A DNA stretch of 64,000 nucleotides. Origin: an uncultured bacterium. GTDB taxonomy: Bacteria; Verrucomicrobiota; Verrucomicrobiia; Verrucomicrobiales; DEV007. Below the pieces are notes generated by a model. That model saw nothing but the letters and a program-made list of their open reading frames with translations, made no database searches and was not told the DNA's origin. This document shows, one piece after another, positions 28,037-38,333 of the stretch (the stretch's first letter is position 1; each line of letters starts with the position of its first letter). The DNA lies in assembly GCA_963977015.1 (NCBI GenBank), contig CAXBMO010000010.1:64001-128000 (forward strand), given 5' to 3'. The position numbers were made by a program, and so were the translations under genes.

Positions 28037-29833
28037 ATGCATCCCGATCTCGATCAGATCATCACCAACGCGCGTTCAAGTCTGCTGGCCGAACGAAACC
28101 CTCAAGGCCACTGGACCGGTGAACTCTCGTCCAGCGCGCTTTCGACCGCGACGGCGATTGTTGCGCTTCACTGCGTCGATCCCGCCAAACACGCCGATTT
28201 GATTCGAGGCGGAGCGAAATGGTTGATTGATACTCAGAATGAAGACGGAGGCTGGGGAGATACGACGATTAGCCTTTCCAATATTTCGACGACGATTCTG
28301 GCGTGGTCGGCGCTGAGTCTGGTCAGCCCGGAAAATCGGAACGAAATTGAACGTTCACAGGGCTGGATTCAGCAAAACGTGGGAGGAACGGAGCCCGCCT
28401 TGCTGGTCAAGAAGGTCACGGAGCGCTATGGCCGCGATCGAACGTTTGCAGTTCCCATTTTGATGACCTGTGCGATTTGCGGTCGTCTCGGAGAGGATAA
28501 ACGGGCTTGGAGTCGCGTTTTGGCGCTTCCGTTTGAGTTGGCGGCATTGCCGCGAGAATGGTTCGCGGCGCTTCGGTTTCCGGTCGTGAGTTACGCGCTT
28601 CCTGCCCTGATCGCGATTGGTTATGCCCGCTTTTTTAATGCGCCGCCGTTGCCGCCGCTTTCGAATATTCGTGCCAAAGTCTGGCCGAAAGCGTCGGAAC
28701 TGCTGACGAGGATTCAGCCCGAAAGCGGCGGTTTTCTCGAAGCCGCGCCTTTGACGAGTTTTGTCACCATGGCGCTGGCGGTCTCCGGTCAACGTGATCA
28801 TTCCGTGGTGATCAAGGGAAGCCAATTCCTGGTTGAGTCCGTCCTGGAAGACGGAAGCTGGCCGATTGACACGAATCTCGCGACGTGGACGACCACCCTG
28901 GCGACGAAAGCTCTTACCATTCGAGGAGAGGATCCGGATTTCAGCGAAGACGCGCGATCGAGCATTCTCAAGTGGTTGCTCGATCAGCAATACAAGGAGG
29001 TGCATCCCTACACCGGCGCGGCGCCGGGTGGCTGGGCATGGACCGATCTAACGGGAGGTGTGCCGGATGCTGACGACACGCCGGGGGCGCTCCTTGCGCT
29101 TCGCGCTCTGAATGGAAATCCTGGCGAGGAGTTGACCGACGCGGCGACTCAAGCGGTGGCGTGGTTGTTGGATCTGCAAAATCGTGATGGCGGGATGCCG
29201 ACATTTTGCCGTGGTTGGGGAACCCAGCCGTTCGATCGCTCGAGTCCGGATTTGACGGCCCACACGCTGCGGGCTTGGAATGCGTGGAAAGAAGACGTGG
29301 ATTCGCGAGTTCGAGCCAATTTGGATCGGGGAGCTGATCGAGCATTGATGTTTCTGCGCAGGGAGCAGGCCCGGGATGGCTCATGGACGCCACTCTGGTT
29401 TGGCAATGAGCGCGCCAAGGAGGAGACCAACAAGACCTACGGGACGGCGATGGTCCTGCTGGCGCTTCGTGAGATTGAAGATTGGCAGCCGGTTTCCAAG
29501 AACATGGGGGGAAGTGCGATGACTTGGTTGCTGTCGAATCAGAACGAAGACGGCGGCTGGGGCGGGGAATTGGGTTGCCCCTCGTCGATCGAGGAAACGG
29601 CTTTGGCGCTTGATGCGATTGCGGCCGGGCTTCCGCGTGACATCAGCAGCGATCGAGTGGTCGCGAAGGCGATTGAGTTCCTCAAGGGCGCGACCAAGGG
29701 CGGTACGGAGTTCTCCCCATCACCGATCGGCTTCTACTTCGCCAAACTTTGGTATTTTGAGCGTCTCTACCCGAAAATCTGGACCGTTTCCGCCTTGGAG
29801 CGGGTGAAACGCAATCAGCCGAAGCCTTCCTGA
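28037..29833 (+). CDS. Squalene-hopene cyclase-like class II terpene cyclase
   Basis: QW repeats (QNEDGGWG, QNRDGG, QARDGSW) and DxDD-type catalytic motif VPDADDT. Confidence 0.85.
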   Translation: MHPDLDQIITNARSSLLAERNPQGHWTGELSSSALSTATAIVALHCVDPAKHADLIRGGAKWLIDTQNEDGGWGDTTISLSNISTTILAWSALSLVSPENRNEIERSQGWIQQNVGGTEPALLVKKVTERYGRDRTFAVPILMTCAICGRLGEDKRAWSRVLALPFELAALPREWFAALRFPVVSYALPALIAIGYARFFNAPPLPPLSNIRAKVWPKASELLTRIQPESGGFLEAAPLTSFVTMALAVSGQRDHSVVIKGSQFLVESVLEDGSWPIDTNLATWTTTLATKALTIRGEDPDFSEDARSSILKWLLDQQYKEVHPYTGAAPGGWAWTDLTGGVPDADDTPGALLALRALNGNPGEELTDAATQAVAWLLDLQNRDGGMPTFCRGWGTQPFDRSSPDLTAHTLRAWNAWKEDVDSRVRANLDRGADRALMFLRREQARDGSWTPLWFGNERAKEETNKTYGTAMVLLALREIEDWQPVSKNMGGSAMTWLLSNQNEDGGWGGELGCPSSIEETALALDAIAAGLPRDISSDRVVAKAIEFLKGATKGGTEFSPSPIGFYFAKLWYFERLYPKIWTVSALERVKRNQPKPS

Positions 29834-29837
29834 GGTG

Positions 29838-30668
29838 CTAGGAGTGTTCGAGGTAGGCCGCTTGGATCTGCTTCAGGAAATCATCTTGGTCGGTTGCCCA
29901 CCAGCGGTTTGAAAAGACCTCGACCTCGTTGAAGCCGTCGAATCCGGCTTCTTCGACCCACCCGCGAATTTGTCGAATGTCGATACAGCCTTCGCCCATG
30001 AGGCCGCGATCATTGAGTAAGTCGGAGGTTGGCGTCATCCAATCGCAAATGTGGAAGGCAAAGAGGCGGTTTTTGGCCGCCGTCAGTTGGATTTGGGATT
30101 CCAAATCAGGATCCCACCAAATGTGGTAAACATCGGCTGCGATTCCAACCAGTGGATGATTGAGTTGATCGCAAACGGCGTTGGCGCTCGCCATGGAATT
30201 GATCGCGCTGCGATCATCGGCATACATGGGATGAAGCGGCTCAATCGCGAGTTTGATGCCGTGTTCTTCCGCTTTGGGAAGAACGGCCGCGATGCCGTCG
30301 GCGATCTGCTGGCGGCTTGTTTCGAGAGGTTGCCCGGGAACGGCTCCGCAGACCAGGACGATCATGGGGGCGCCAAGCTCAGCGGCTTCCTCAATCGCCT
30401 TTTCGTTATCGATAATCGCTTTTTTCCGGTCAGTTCCGGACGTTGATGGGAAAAAGCCACCTCTGCAAAGGGAGGCGATTTCCAAATTTCGCGCCCTCAG
30501 GGCTTCACCCGTTTTGGCGATGTCGCGATTTTCCAGCCATTGGCGCCAGACGGTGATGCCCCCGACGCCGGCATCGGCGTATTTGTCCATCGCAACTTCG
30601 ACGCCCCAAGGCTTGGTGGTGATCGTATGAATGCAGAGTTTTGAGCAATCGATTATTTCCGTGGCCAT
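29838..30668 (-). CDS. Sugar phosphate isomerase/epimerase (xylose isomerase-like TIM barrel)
   Basis: SLCRGGFF, AIEPLHPMYA, DVYHIWWD, FHICDW, DRGLMGEG, EVEVFS. Confidence 0.9.
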   Translation of the reverse strand: MATEIIDCSKLCIHTITTKPWGVEVAMDKYADAGVGGITVWRQWLENRDIAKTGEALRARNLEIASLCRGGFFPSTSGTDRKKAIIDNEKAIEEAAELGAPMIVLVCGAVPGQPLETSRQQIADGIAAVLPKAEEHGIKLAIEPLHPMYADDRSAINSMASANAVCDQLNHPLVGIAADVYHIWWDPDLESQIQLTAAKNRLFAFHICDWMTPTSDLLNDRGLMGEGCIDIRQIRGWVEEAGFDGFNEVEVFSNRWWATDQDDFLKQIQAAYLEHS

Positions 30669-30781
30669 TTGGCCAGATCGTTTGATTTGGTGTTTGGTGC
30701 AACGAAATCCATTTTATTGGGAAAATTTTGTGTTCGAGGACGTCATTTAGCGAGAACTTCGTTCGATCCATCACCCAATTT

Positions 30782-32920
30782 ATGAAGTCTGTCTTTTTGT
30801 TCGCAATCCTGGCCTGTCTCGTGACCGCGGCCCAGGCTGAAGTGCGGACGTGGACGGACAGCAAGGACCGGAAGGTCGAAGCCGAATTGGTGGGCATTGA
30901 ATCGAGTGGTTCCGGGCCGATTGTTCAGTTGCGGGGGAAGAACGGCAAAGTCATCCAGTTTCCCTTCCGCCTCCTCAGCCGCGAGGATCAATCCTACGTC
31001 AAAAAGAACCTTCCCTACGATCCGAGGCGTGCTGCCGAGCAGATTGACGCCTTGGTTTGGGAAAAACTGCGACAGGCGAACGGGGATCTGAAACTGCAGC
31101 TATCGCGCGTCATGCAGGATTCGAGTCTGAGCCGGTCGGATCGCCTCCAGAAAAAGGAGGAAATCGAATTTGAGATTTCGCTGACTCACCCGACCAACGA
31201 GCTGAGTGACGAGCAATTTGTTCGTCGGGTTTATCTCGACATCGCCGGGCGGATTCCAACCTACCAGGAAACGACGGAATTTCTGGATCAGAACGGGAAG
31301 GACAAGCGCGCTGAGTTGATCGACGATTTGTTGGTTTCGGATGGATTCACGAGCCACTTTTTCAATTACCTCAGCGATCTCCTTCGCATCCGCAGCAAGC
31401 TTTCGATGAATGGCGGCCAGGGGCTTCATAGCGGCGCCTATCACGATTGGGTGAAGGACCAAATTCGGAGCAACCGCGGTTGGGATGAGATTGTGAAGAG
31501 CCTGGTGACGGCGGAGGGCACGCTTTGGGAGAATCCGGCGGTCGGCTATGCACTGACTGATTTGGGAATGCCGCTCTGTAATCTTTCCAACACGTTTACG
31601 GTATTCCTCGGAACGGAAATCACCTGTGCGCAATGCCACGATCATCCCTTTGAAGAAGTCTATCAGATGGATTTCTATCGAATGGCGGCTTTTTTCGGAA
31701 AGGTGGAAACGGGACAGCTTGATGATCAGAAATCCAAGTTCCTGGCGAAACAAGCTGCCCGGCTGCAGAATGAAATCGCGAAGTTGGATGCGGGCAGCAA
31801 GATGGGCAGTGGGAATTCAATGGGGGAGATCATGGGCTCGCTGCGCTATTCGGTTCGCGATGGTGAAACCAACCGAACCAAATTGCCCCATGACTACAAG
31901 TATGATGATGGGGAACCGCTTCAGTTTGTCGAGCCGGCAACGTATTTTGGGGAGATCGTCGAACTGGAAAACTATCCGAATCCACGGATGGCGTTTGGTG
32001 ATTGGCTGACTTCAAAAGAGAACCCGCGGTTTACGATCAACCTGGTCAATCGGCTTTGGAAATTCGTCTTCGGGCTGGGCCAGATTGAGCCGGTTTACAA
32101 CATCCCGGGTCACCTCGACGGGCAGGCGCAGAATTACAAGCTCCTCACCTATTTGGAGAGCCTGATGAAGGATCTGGACTACGACGTGAAGGATTTTCTC
32201 CGCGTGCTCTACAATACGGAAACGTATCAACGGGAGGCCTGTTCGGAATCTCCAACCATGGCGATGATCGATAAGGGGCGATACCATTTTCCGGCTCCCA
32301 TTCTGCGGCGAATGAGCTCCGAGCAAATGTGGGATTCGCTCGTTGCGCTGACCACGGAGAATCCGGAGAGTTACCAAGCGAGGGTTCTGGAGGACTACCG
32401 CCAGTTGATGAGCGTGGATTTCACGAAGATGAGCGGGAAAGAAGCGCTCAAATTCCGGGACGAATTCAAAAAACTGAACCAAAACGGTCTCGGCATGGAT
32501 TCTCAGCCCAGCCGCGTCGGTGGAGAAGTGATGGTGAGAGCCTCCGAGATGAGCCTTCCCGCCAATGATCGGCATTTCCTGAACATGTTTGGTCAGTCTG
32601 ACAAGCTTCTCACCGACAACGGCAATCAGTTGGGCTCCATTCCACAAGTTCTCATGATGATGAATGGGAAGCTGACGAATGAGACGCTGAGCGATGCCAA
32701 GTCTCAAATCATGAAGAACGCAGGGAGCATTCGCGGAAAGGGGGATACGGTTGAGGCGATTTTTCTCAGCATTTTGAGCCGCTACCCGACTCCGGAAGAG
32801 CGTTCGATCGCGCAGCGCAGCCTGAAGCGGGATCGGAACGATGATTCGGTCGAACAAGCCGGTTATGCGAATTTGATCTGGGCACTATTGAACACCCGGG
32901 AATTCATGTTTATCCAATGA
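30782..32920 (+). CDS. SHD1 + DUF1549 + DUF1553 protein
   Basis: Signal peptide; RTWTDSKDRKVEAEL...LSREDQSYV (SHD1); FVRRVYLDIAGRIPT; CAQCHDHP; LIWALLNTREF. Confidence 0.9.
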   Translation: MKSVFLFAILACLVTAAQAEVRTWTDSKDRKVEAELVGIESSGSGPIVQLRGKNGKVIQFPFRLLSREDQSYVKKNLPYDPRRAAEQIDALVWEKLRQANGDLKLQLSRVMQDSSLSRSDRLQKKEEIEFEISLTHPTNELSDEQFVRRVYLDIAGRIPTYQETTEFLDQNGKDKRAELIDDLLVSDGFTSHFFNYLSDLLRIRSKLSMNGGQGLHSGAYHDWVKDQIRSNRGWDEIVKSLVTAEGTLWENPAVGYALTDLGMPLCNLSNTFTVFLGTEITCAQCHDHPFEEVYQMDFYRMAAFFGKVETGQLDDQKSKFLAKQAARLQNEIAKLDAGSKMGSGNSMGEIMGSLRYSVRDGETNRTKLPHDYKYDDGEPLQFVEPATYFGEIVELENYPNPRMAFGDWLTSKENPRFTINLVNRLWKFVFGLGQIEPVYNIPGHLDGQAQNYKLLTYLESLMKDLDYDVKDFLRVLYNTETYQREACSESPTMAMIDKGRYHFPAPILRRMSSEQMWDSLVALTTENPESYQARVLEDYRQLMSVDFTKMSGKEALKFRDEFKKLNQNGLGMDSQPSRVGGEVMVRASEMSLPANDRHFLNMFGQSDKLLTDNGNQLGSIPQVLMMMNGKLTNETLSDAKSQIMKNAGSIRGKGDTVEAIFLSILSRYPTPEERSIAQRSLKRDRNDDSVEQAGYANLIWALLNTREFMFIQ

Positions 32921-34209
32921 GCGCCGAACTGAATCGATGGAGTCGACTGGCCCGGCGCGACTTCTCGCGAATCGCGGCAAAATCTCTGTTGGGAGTGAGT
33001 GTCCTGCCGGGTGCGTCACAACTAATGGGGCAATCGAAAGCCGCCCGCGCCAGGAAGGTCATCTATTTCTATCTCTCCGGTGGGATGAGTCACATTGATT
33101 CGTTCGATCCCAAACCGGGTTCTGAGGTTCAGGGGCCAACGGAGGCAATCGGCACCTCTGCGGGCTTTCAGCTTTCCGCAAATTTTCAAGCGGTCGCTTC
33201 TCAGAGTGATCGGTTCAGTGTCATTCGAACCATGACCTCGCAAACCGGCGACCATCAGGGAGGCCGCTACTATGTCCGCACCGGTTACAAGCGGCTCGCT
33301 TCCATCGTTCATCCGGACCTCGCGGCGTGGAAGAAGAAACTGGCCCCCATGCAGAAAAAGTCGACCCTTCCATTCTGGGTGTCGATTCGCGATGGAAGTT
33401 TTCCCGGTGATGGATTCATGGGCCCCAATTTTGCTCCGGTGCCGTTGGGGAACCCCACCAGTGGCCTGCCGAATTCCCTGCCCATGGTCGATGAAGGCGC
33501 GTTCCAGGAGCGTCTCGAAATGGTGAACACCTTTAACGAAATGTTTACGAGGCGATTTCGCACCAAGGAAGTTCGAGCCTACAACGAGTTTTACGAGCAC
33601 GCGCTGAAATTGATGACGAGTGAGGACTTGGATGCGTTCGATCTCTCGAAGATGCCAACATCCAGACGCGAAAAATTTGGTAGTGGTCAGGGAGCCGACG
33701 CGGCAGCTTTGGCGGTTCAGCTAAACGAGAACGACGTCGAATATGTCCATGTCAATTGGGGGGGATGGGACAATCACAGCGGGATTTTCGAATCAGGCCC
33801 TTCGCGGAATTTTCAGGGCCTCTCTCAAGCTCTCGCCGGAACCTTGGAAGAGGTGAACCTGGAGGATACGATGGTCGTTTTGGCGACGGAGTTCGGCCGA
33901 AGCCCAAGAATCAACGAAAATCGGGGTCGGGACCATCATCCCCTGGCGTTCAGCGCGCTTGTTGCTGGAGCGGGAATCAAAGGTGGGCAGGCCTACGGTC
34001 GAACCGACAAAAACGCTTATGCGGTGGAGGACGATCCGGTCAGGCCGGAGGATTTCAACGCGACATTGGCGACTGCGATGGGAATCCCAATCGACAAAGT
34101 CGTCTTTTCTCCATCCGGGCGGCCATTCCTTGTTGCCGGGCATTCGGAAGACCCGAAAACGCGCCAAATTGTTCCCGTCGGCCAGCCCGTTCGAGAGCTG
34201 TTGAGCTGA
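32917..34209 (+). CDS. DUF1501 protein
   Basis: RRDF twin-Arg; GGMSHIDSFDPKP; GWDNH; TEFGRSP; GRDHH. Confidence 0.92.
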   Translation: MSAELNRWSRLARRDFSRIAAKSLLGVSVLPGASQLMGQSKAARARKVIYFYLSGGMSHIDSFDPKPGSEVQGPTEAIGTSAGFQLSANFQAVASQSDRFSVIRTMTSQTGDHQGGRYYVRTGYKRLASIVHPDLAAWKKKLAPMQKKSTLPFWVSIRDGSFPGDGFMGPNFAPVPLGNPTSGLPNSLPMVDEGAFQERLEMVNTFNEMFTRRFRTKEVRAYNEFYEHALKLMTSEDLDAFDLSKMPTSRREKFGSGQGADAAALAVQLNENDVEYVHVNWGGWDNHSGIFESGPSRNFQGLSQALAGTLEEVNLEDTMVVLATEFGRSPRINENRGRDHHPLAFSALVAGAGIKGGQAYGRTDKNAYAVEDDPVRPEDFNATLATAMGIPIDKVVFSPSGRPFLVAGHSEDPKTRQIVPVGQPVRELLS

Positions 34210-34245
34210 CTCGCTTCAATCTCCGTTCAGGGCGAACGGCAAGTC

Positions 34246-35508
34246 TTACATGAAGCTGTTGAACGGTCCCCGGGCTTTCTTCACCTCGGGCTCCTCAGCC
34301 GGCAGTTCGGTGTCATCTCCCAACAGGCTCGACCCGAAATCGCTGGCCGAATCGTTGAGTTTGGAGAGCAGTTCGTTGCCCAAACTGGTCGGATCAGAAG
34401 ACTCCGGAGCGCTGGGCGCATCTGCCGTTCCTGATGCGAATGAGCGAAGTTCATCAATCGAATCCCAATCCGCTGAATCACCGGCTTCTTCATGGATCTC
34501 ATCGATCAGAGTGAACGCCTGGGTCGCTGATTTAAGCACTGAGAGAACTTCCACATCCTTGGATGCACGGCGCATTTCCGCCAGTTTTTGCTCAAGTTCG
34601 TCGCAGTAGCTTTGGAGAGATTCGACCTTGTTCATTAGTAGTGGATTCGGAGTGCGCTCAGGAAGTGACTCGGCTTCAGGGGCCGACACGTCGAGCGATT
34701 TTTTTTCGTTGTCAAGAATGGGGAAAGATTCCACCGAAGGCACCGTTTCGATCGGTGCTGGTTCAGTTCCTTTAACGCGATCACTTACCAAATTGGACGC
34801 CGCGGTTGTGGCTGCGATCCCGATTCCTGCTTTTCCCAAGTCATCCAAGGGAGAATCATCATCGAAATTCGTCTTCGCAAAGGCATCCTCATCAACCTTC
34901 AGCGTATCCAGTTTCTCCGGGATCGAAGAAGCGGGTTCCTCTGATTTGTCTTCGGGGAGAACGGGTGAAGTCGGCTCTAACTCTTCTGCAACTGTTTCCA
35001 ACTCAGGATCGTTTCCGGCGAGTTCGACAAGTTTGTGGTCGAGCCAGTGAGCTTCCATGACCGCGCGAACCAGGCCATATTGAGGATCAGAACTGAGGGT
35101 GTCGGGGGCGTTGTTGGAATTGACGGTTTCGAGAACCGCTTCCGGCGGGTTTGGCGACAGCCGTCCGCGTTCTGCGCGAACCCATTCAATCACGCTTTTG
35201 AGGAGGTCAGGATTTCCTTGGGCAAGGTATTTGGTAATCGTGTCCTGCATCAGGCTCTTGTTCTCAAGCAGGGTGCTGTCCAGCTTTTCGCGAACGGGAG
35301 GAAGCTGCCGTTCGGCAATCATCTCACGGCGAAGCTCGCCCTGGAGGAGTCCCGATTCGCTCAGCCAGTTCTCGAAATTATCATCCGTAAAACGGTGGCG
35401 AGCGGTAAACCGCATGATCTTTGCCTTCTCGCCTTCAGCGAGGTTTTGATAGGCGTCTCGAATAGCATCTAGCCCTTCCAGGCTTGGCGAAGTTGTTGGG
35501 TCACTCAT
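34246..35508 (-). CDS. Hypothetical acidic protein with a coiled-coil segment
   Basis: Long D/E/S/P-rich ORF filling the gap between two DUF1501 genes; start uncertain (MSDPTT). Confidence 0.7.
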   Translation of the reverse strand: MSDPTTSPSLEGLDAIRDAYQNLAEGEKAKIMRFTARHRFTDDNFENWLSESGLLQGELRREMIAERQLPPVREKLDSTLLENKSLMQDTITKYLAQGNPDLLKSVIEWVRAERGRLSPNPPEAVLETVNSNNAPDTLSSDPQYGLVRAVMEAHWLDHKLVELAGNDPELETVAEELEPTSPVLPEDKSEEPASSIPEKLDTLKVDEDAFAKTNFDDDSPLDDLGKAGIGIAATTAASNLVSDRVKGTEPAPIETVPSVESFPILDNEKKSLDVSAPEAESLPERTPNPLLMNKVESLQSYCDELEQKLAEMRRASKDVEVLSVLKSATQAFTLIDEIHEEAGDSADWDSIDELRSFASGTADAPSAPESSDPTSLGNELLSKLNDSASDFGSSLLGDDTELPAEEPEVKKARGPFNSFM

Positions 35509-35718
35509 TGGAGTTGGCGAAGTTTTTGTGTAAACTTGGCTCAGGTACTCAAAAGCAGGAGCAAGTTTCAGGTTTCTCTGAAAAGATCGTTTACATCGTG
35601 AAGTTGTCAGCATCAATTTATAAAAAATTCAGCCTGTCAGGAGGATCGTTGTAATGAATTGTCGGGTTGCGAACTGAAGAGGATGCTCTCAGGTTGAATT
35701 GAATCACCAAAAAGCCCC

Positions 35719-36999
35719 ATGAATCGTCGAAATTTCCTTCACGCCGCCTCCAGTTCCCTCGGGATGGGAACCCTTGCCGCGAGTAGCTCTTCTCCTTCAC
35801 TGGCCCATCTAGGCGGCAAGGCTGAGCACTGTATCATGTTCTGGCTGGGCGGAGGAATGGCCCAGATCGATACGTTTGATCCCAAGAAGCTGGGAGACGC
35901 GAAAGCGAGAAAAGCGGGTTCCTACTATCCCTCCATTGAGACTTCAGTTCCTGGAGTCCGAGTCTGTGAGCACTTGAAGAGGACGGCCAAAGTGATGGAA
36001 CATGTGACCGCGCTCAGGACTGTTCATCATGATGTGATCGACGAGCATGCGGCGGCAACGAACCGCATGCATACGGGACGGAAGACAAGCGGAACTGTCG
36101 TCTATCCTTCGCTCGGTTCGATTGTGGCCGGCGAGTTGGGAGCCGTGAACGAGAAGGTTCCCGCCTACATGCTGATCGGATATCCCAATCTGACTCGTGG
36201 GCCCGGATTTTTGGGGCAGAAAGCGGGATTTGTCTATCTGTCGGATATTGAAGCCGGTCCATCCGGATTGGCCCGGCCGGATTTTGTGACCGACGCACGC
36301 CAGAAGCGACGAGAGAAACTGCTGAGAGCCGTTCGGAAGTCTGGCAGGTCGCGTTTTGGTGAGGATGATCTGTTCTCAAGCTACGATACGGCGATTGGAG
36401 AGAGTCTGCGGCTTTCCGGGCCCGATTTCATGAGGACGTTTGATTTGAGCGATGAGTCTGACGCCATTCGAAATTTCTATGGTGGTGAGTTTGGGCAACG
36501 CTGTCTCTTGGCGCGACGACTCACCGAATCCGGAGTGCGCTTTATTGAAGTTTCCCACAACATGAACTTCCGCAATGGAACGGGATGGGATACCCACAAT
36601 GATGGGCAACTGAACCAACACCTGTTGATTCAAGAATTGGATCAGGCGCTGAGTGCCCTGATCATTGATTTGGAACAGCGGGGAAGGCTCGACAGCACCC
36701 TGATCATCATCAACACCGAGTTCGGGCGTCCCGCACAGTTTGATTCAGGAGGCGGGAGAGGACATCACTCGAAATGTATGTCGGTGGTCTTGGCGGGAGG
36801 TGGGCTGAGCCATCGCGGCGCCTATGGCGTCAGCGACGAAAATGCGATGGAGGTGGTCGAATCCCCGGTTGGGGTTCCCGACTTTTTCGCGACGGCATTG
36901 GCGGCAATGAAGATTGATCCGACGAAGAATCTCTACGATGGGGACCGACCTGTTCCGATTACGGACATGGGGCAGCCAATTTCTGCCCTTTTCTCGTGA
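35719..36999 (+). CDS. DUF1501 protein
   Basis: [47 protein letters not shown]. Confidence 0.92.
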   Translation: MNRRNFLHAASSSLGMGTLAASSSSPSLAHLGGKAEHCIMFWLGGGMAQIDTFDPKKLGDAKARKAGSYYPSIETSVPGVRVCEHLKRTAKVMEHVTALRTVHHDVIDEHAAATNRMHTGRKTSGTVVYPSLGSIVAGELGAVNEKVPAYMLIGYPNLTRGPGFLGQKAGFVYLSDIEAGPSGLARPDFVTDARQKRREKLLRAVRKSGRSRFGEDDLFSSYDTAIGESLRLSGPDFMRTFDLSDESDAIRNFYGGEFGQRCLLARRLTESGVRFIEVSHNMNFRNGTGWDTHNDGQLNQHLLIQELDQALSALIIDLEQRGRLDSTLIIINTEFGRPAQFDSGGGRGHHSKCMSVVLAGGGLSHRGAYGVSDENAMEVVESPVGVPDFFATALAAMKIDPTKNLYDGDRPVPITDMGQPISALFS

Positions 37000-37671
37000 T
37001 CAATCGACGTCGGAAATCACGATCCGTAGTCCAGCATCCGTGAGTTCAATTGCTGAAACCCGGGATAGAACCGTTTGAAGCTCCTTCTGTGAGGAGTCGA
37101 TCCGGAACATGTGGAGTTCCCGGAATACCCCGATAAAGTCAGCAGGCACCTCTTTGCCGGGAACCTGAATGTCTTGGAGCATCAGTTGCCACTCATTGGT
37201 TCCGGACTCCTCCGGGATGAAGTGGAAGAAGCCATTCAGATAGCGCTTACCACCGCCGAGTTTCCGGATTTCCTGGCTTTTTTGCGCGACCAAAGCGGTT
37301 GAATCGATGGACTCGATCAGGGTGTTGCCGCGGAGGCTTTCGAGGAGGGGCTGTTTTGAAATCAAGTGGTTGAGTTCGGTTGCCGAAAGAACGATTTCAG
37401 CAGCAGTTCCGCTATTGGCAGCGGTATTCAGGGTCTCAAGCTTGAGGTTCAGTTCCTCGGTCTCGTAATTGCTGGGAGAAGGAAGGGTGATTTCGACCGG
37501 CGTGCTGTCCGTAATCTTTGCCAGTTGTTTGTTTTGCAGAAAACCGGTGACTGCGACGCATGTCCCCAAACTCAAAAGAACGGTGATCGCCACGATGGGA
37601 ATCATGCAGCCCATCCAGGATGGTTCGCCTCGCTGTGGTTCTGATGGGGGGGGTTGGCTGGATTCGGTCAT
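37000..37671 (-). CDS. Hypothetical single-pass membrane protein
   Basis: N-terminal GC-x-hydrophobic TM followed by a soluble domain. Confidence 0.7.
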   Translation of the reverse strand: MTESSQPPPSEPQRGEPSWMGCMIPIVAITVLLSLGTCVAVTGFLQNKQLAKITDSTPVEITLPSPSNYETEELNLKLETLNTAANSGTAAEIVLSATELNHLISKQPLLESLRGNTLIESIDSTALVAQKSQEIRKLGGGKRYLNGFFHFIPEESGTNEWQLMLQDIQVPGKEVPADFIGVFRELHMFRIDSSQKELQTVLSRVSAIELTDAGLRIVISDVD

Positions 37672-37868
37672 GGTTTCGTATGCGGAATGTGACTCAAAAA
37701 GTTTGGTGTAAGCTGGGCTTGGTTTAGATGATCTAAAGCACAGAAGTAATTGATGAAGCTGGTAATTATGGTTATCTTAAAAAGAAACCATTGACCATTG
37801 AATGGCAGCTTTGCTCGAGCATTCGTGCGAGTCTACCACACCTAGCCAATCAATCGCCTGGAGGAAAC

Positions 37869-38213
37869 ATGAAACTAAACCTGATAAAACTCACTGTAGT
37901 GTCCGCCGTTCTTGGTGGATTTACCGCCCAATCGGCCCAAGCAGACGATCTTGCAACCCAGTATATGTTGGATCGTGAAGCGCAGTCCATTTTGCGCAGC
38001 TCCGAGTCCGCCGAAGCGCGCCGCATCCCGGCATTTGTTCGGATCGACAAGGGATTGACCGTCTATTCGCAAGAAAGCCATAGCGATGCGATGAGCCGCC
38101 ATGATGAAACTCGTTCTCGCGTCTTCGCGCTTCACTCCATCTGTGGCAAGCCGGCCAAGTTGATTGCAGGCCACGGGCTCGCTCCGAACCTACATCGGAT
38201 TACGCGACGGTAA
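37869..38213 (+). CDS. Small secreted hypothetical protein
   Basis: GGAGG Shine-Dalgarno; signal peptide ending AQA; own terminator. Confidence 0.7.
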   Translation: MKLNLIKLTVVSAVLGGFTAQSAQADDLATQYMLDREAQSILRSSESAEARRIPAFVRIDKGLTVYSQESHSDAMSRHDETRSRVFALHSICGKPAKLIAGHGLAPNLHRITRR

Positions 38214-38239
38214 GCGCCCGGGAATTCCCGATATTTTCG

Positions 38240-38274
38240 AAAACCTCGTTGGCCATGGTCAGCGAGGTTTTTTT
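38240..38274 (+). terminator. Intrinsic terminator, possibly bidirectional
   Basis: AAAACCTCGTTGGCC-AT-GGTCAGCGAGGTTTTTTT between convergent genes. Confidence 0.8.
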
Positions 38275-38333
38275 GTCGATAGGTTTGGACCAAAGCGGCG
38301 GTTTCACTTTCTCAGCGAAGCGGGAAATTCGCC

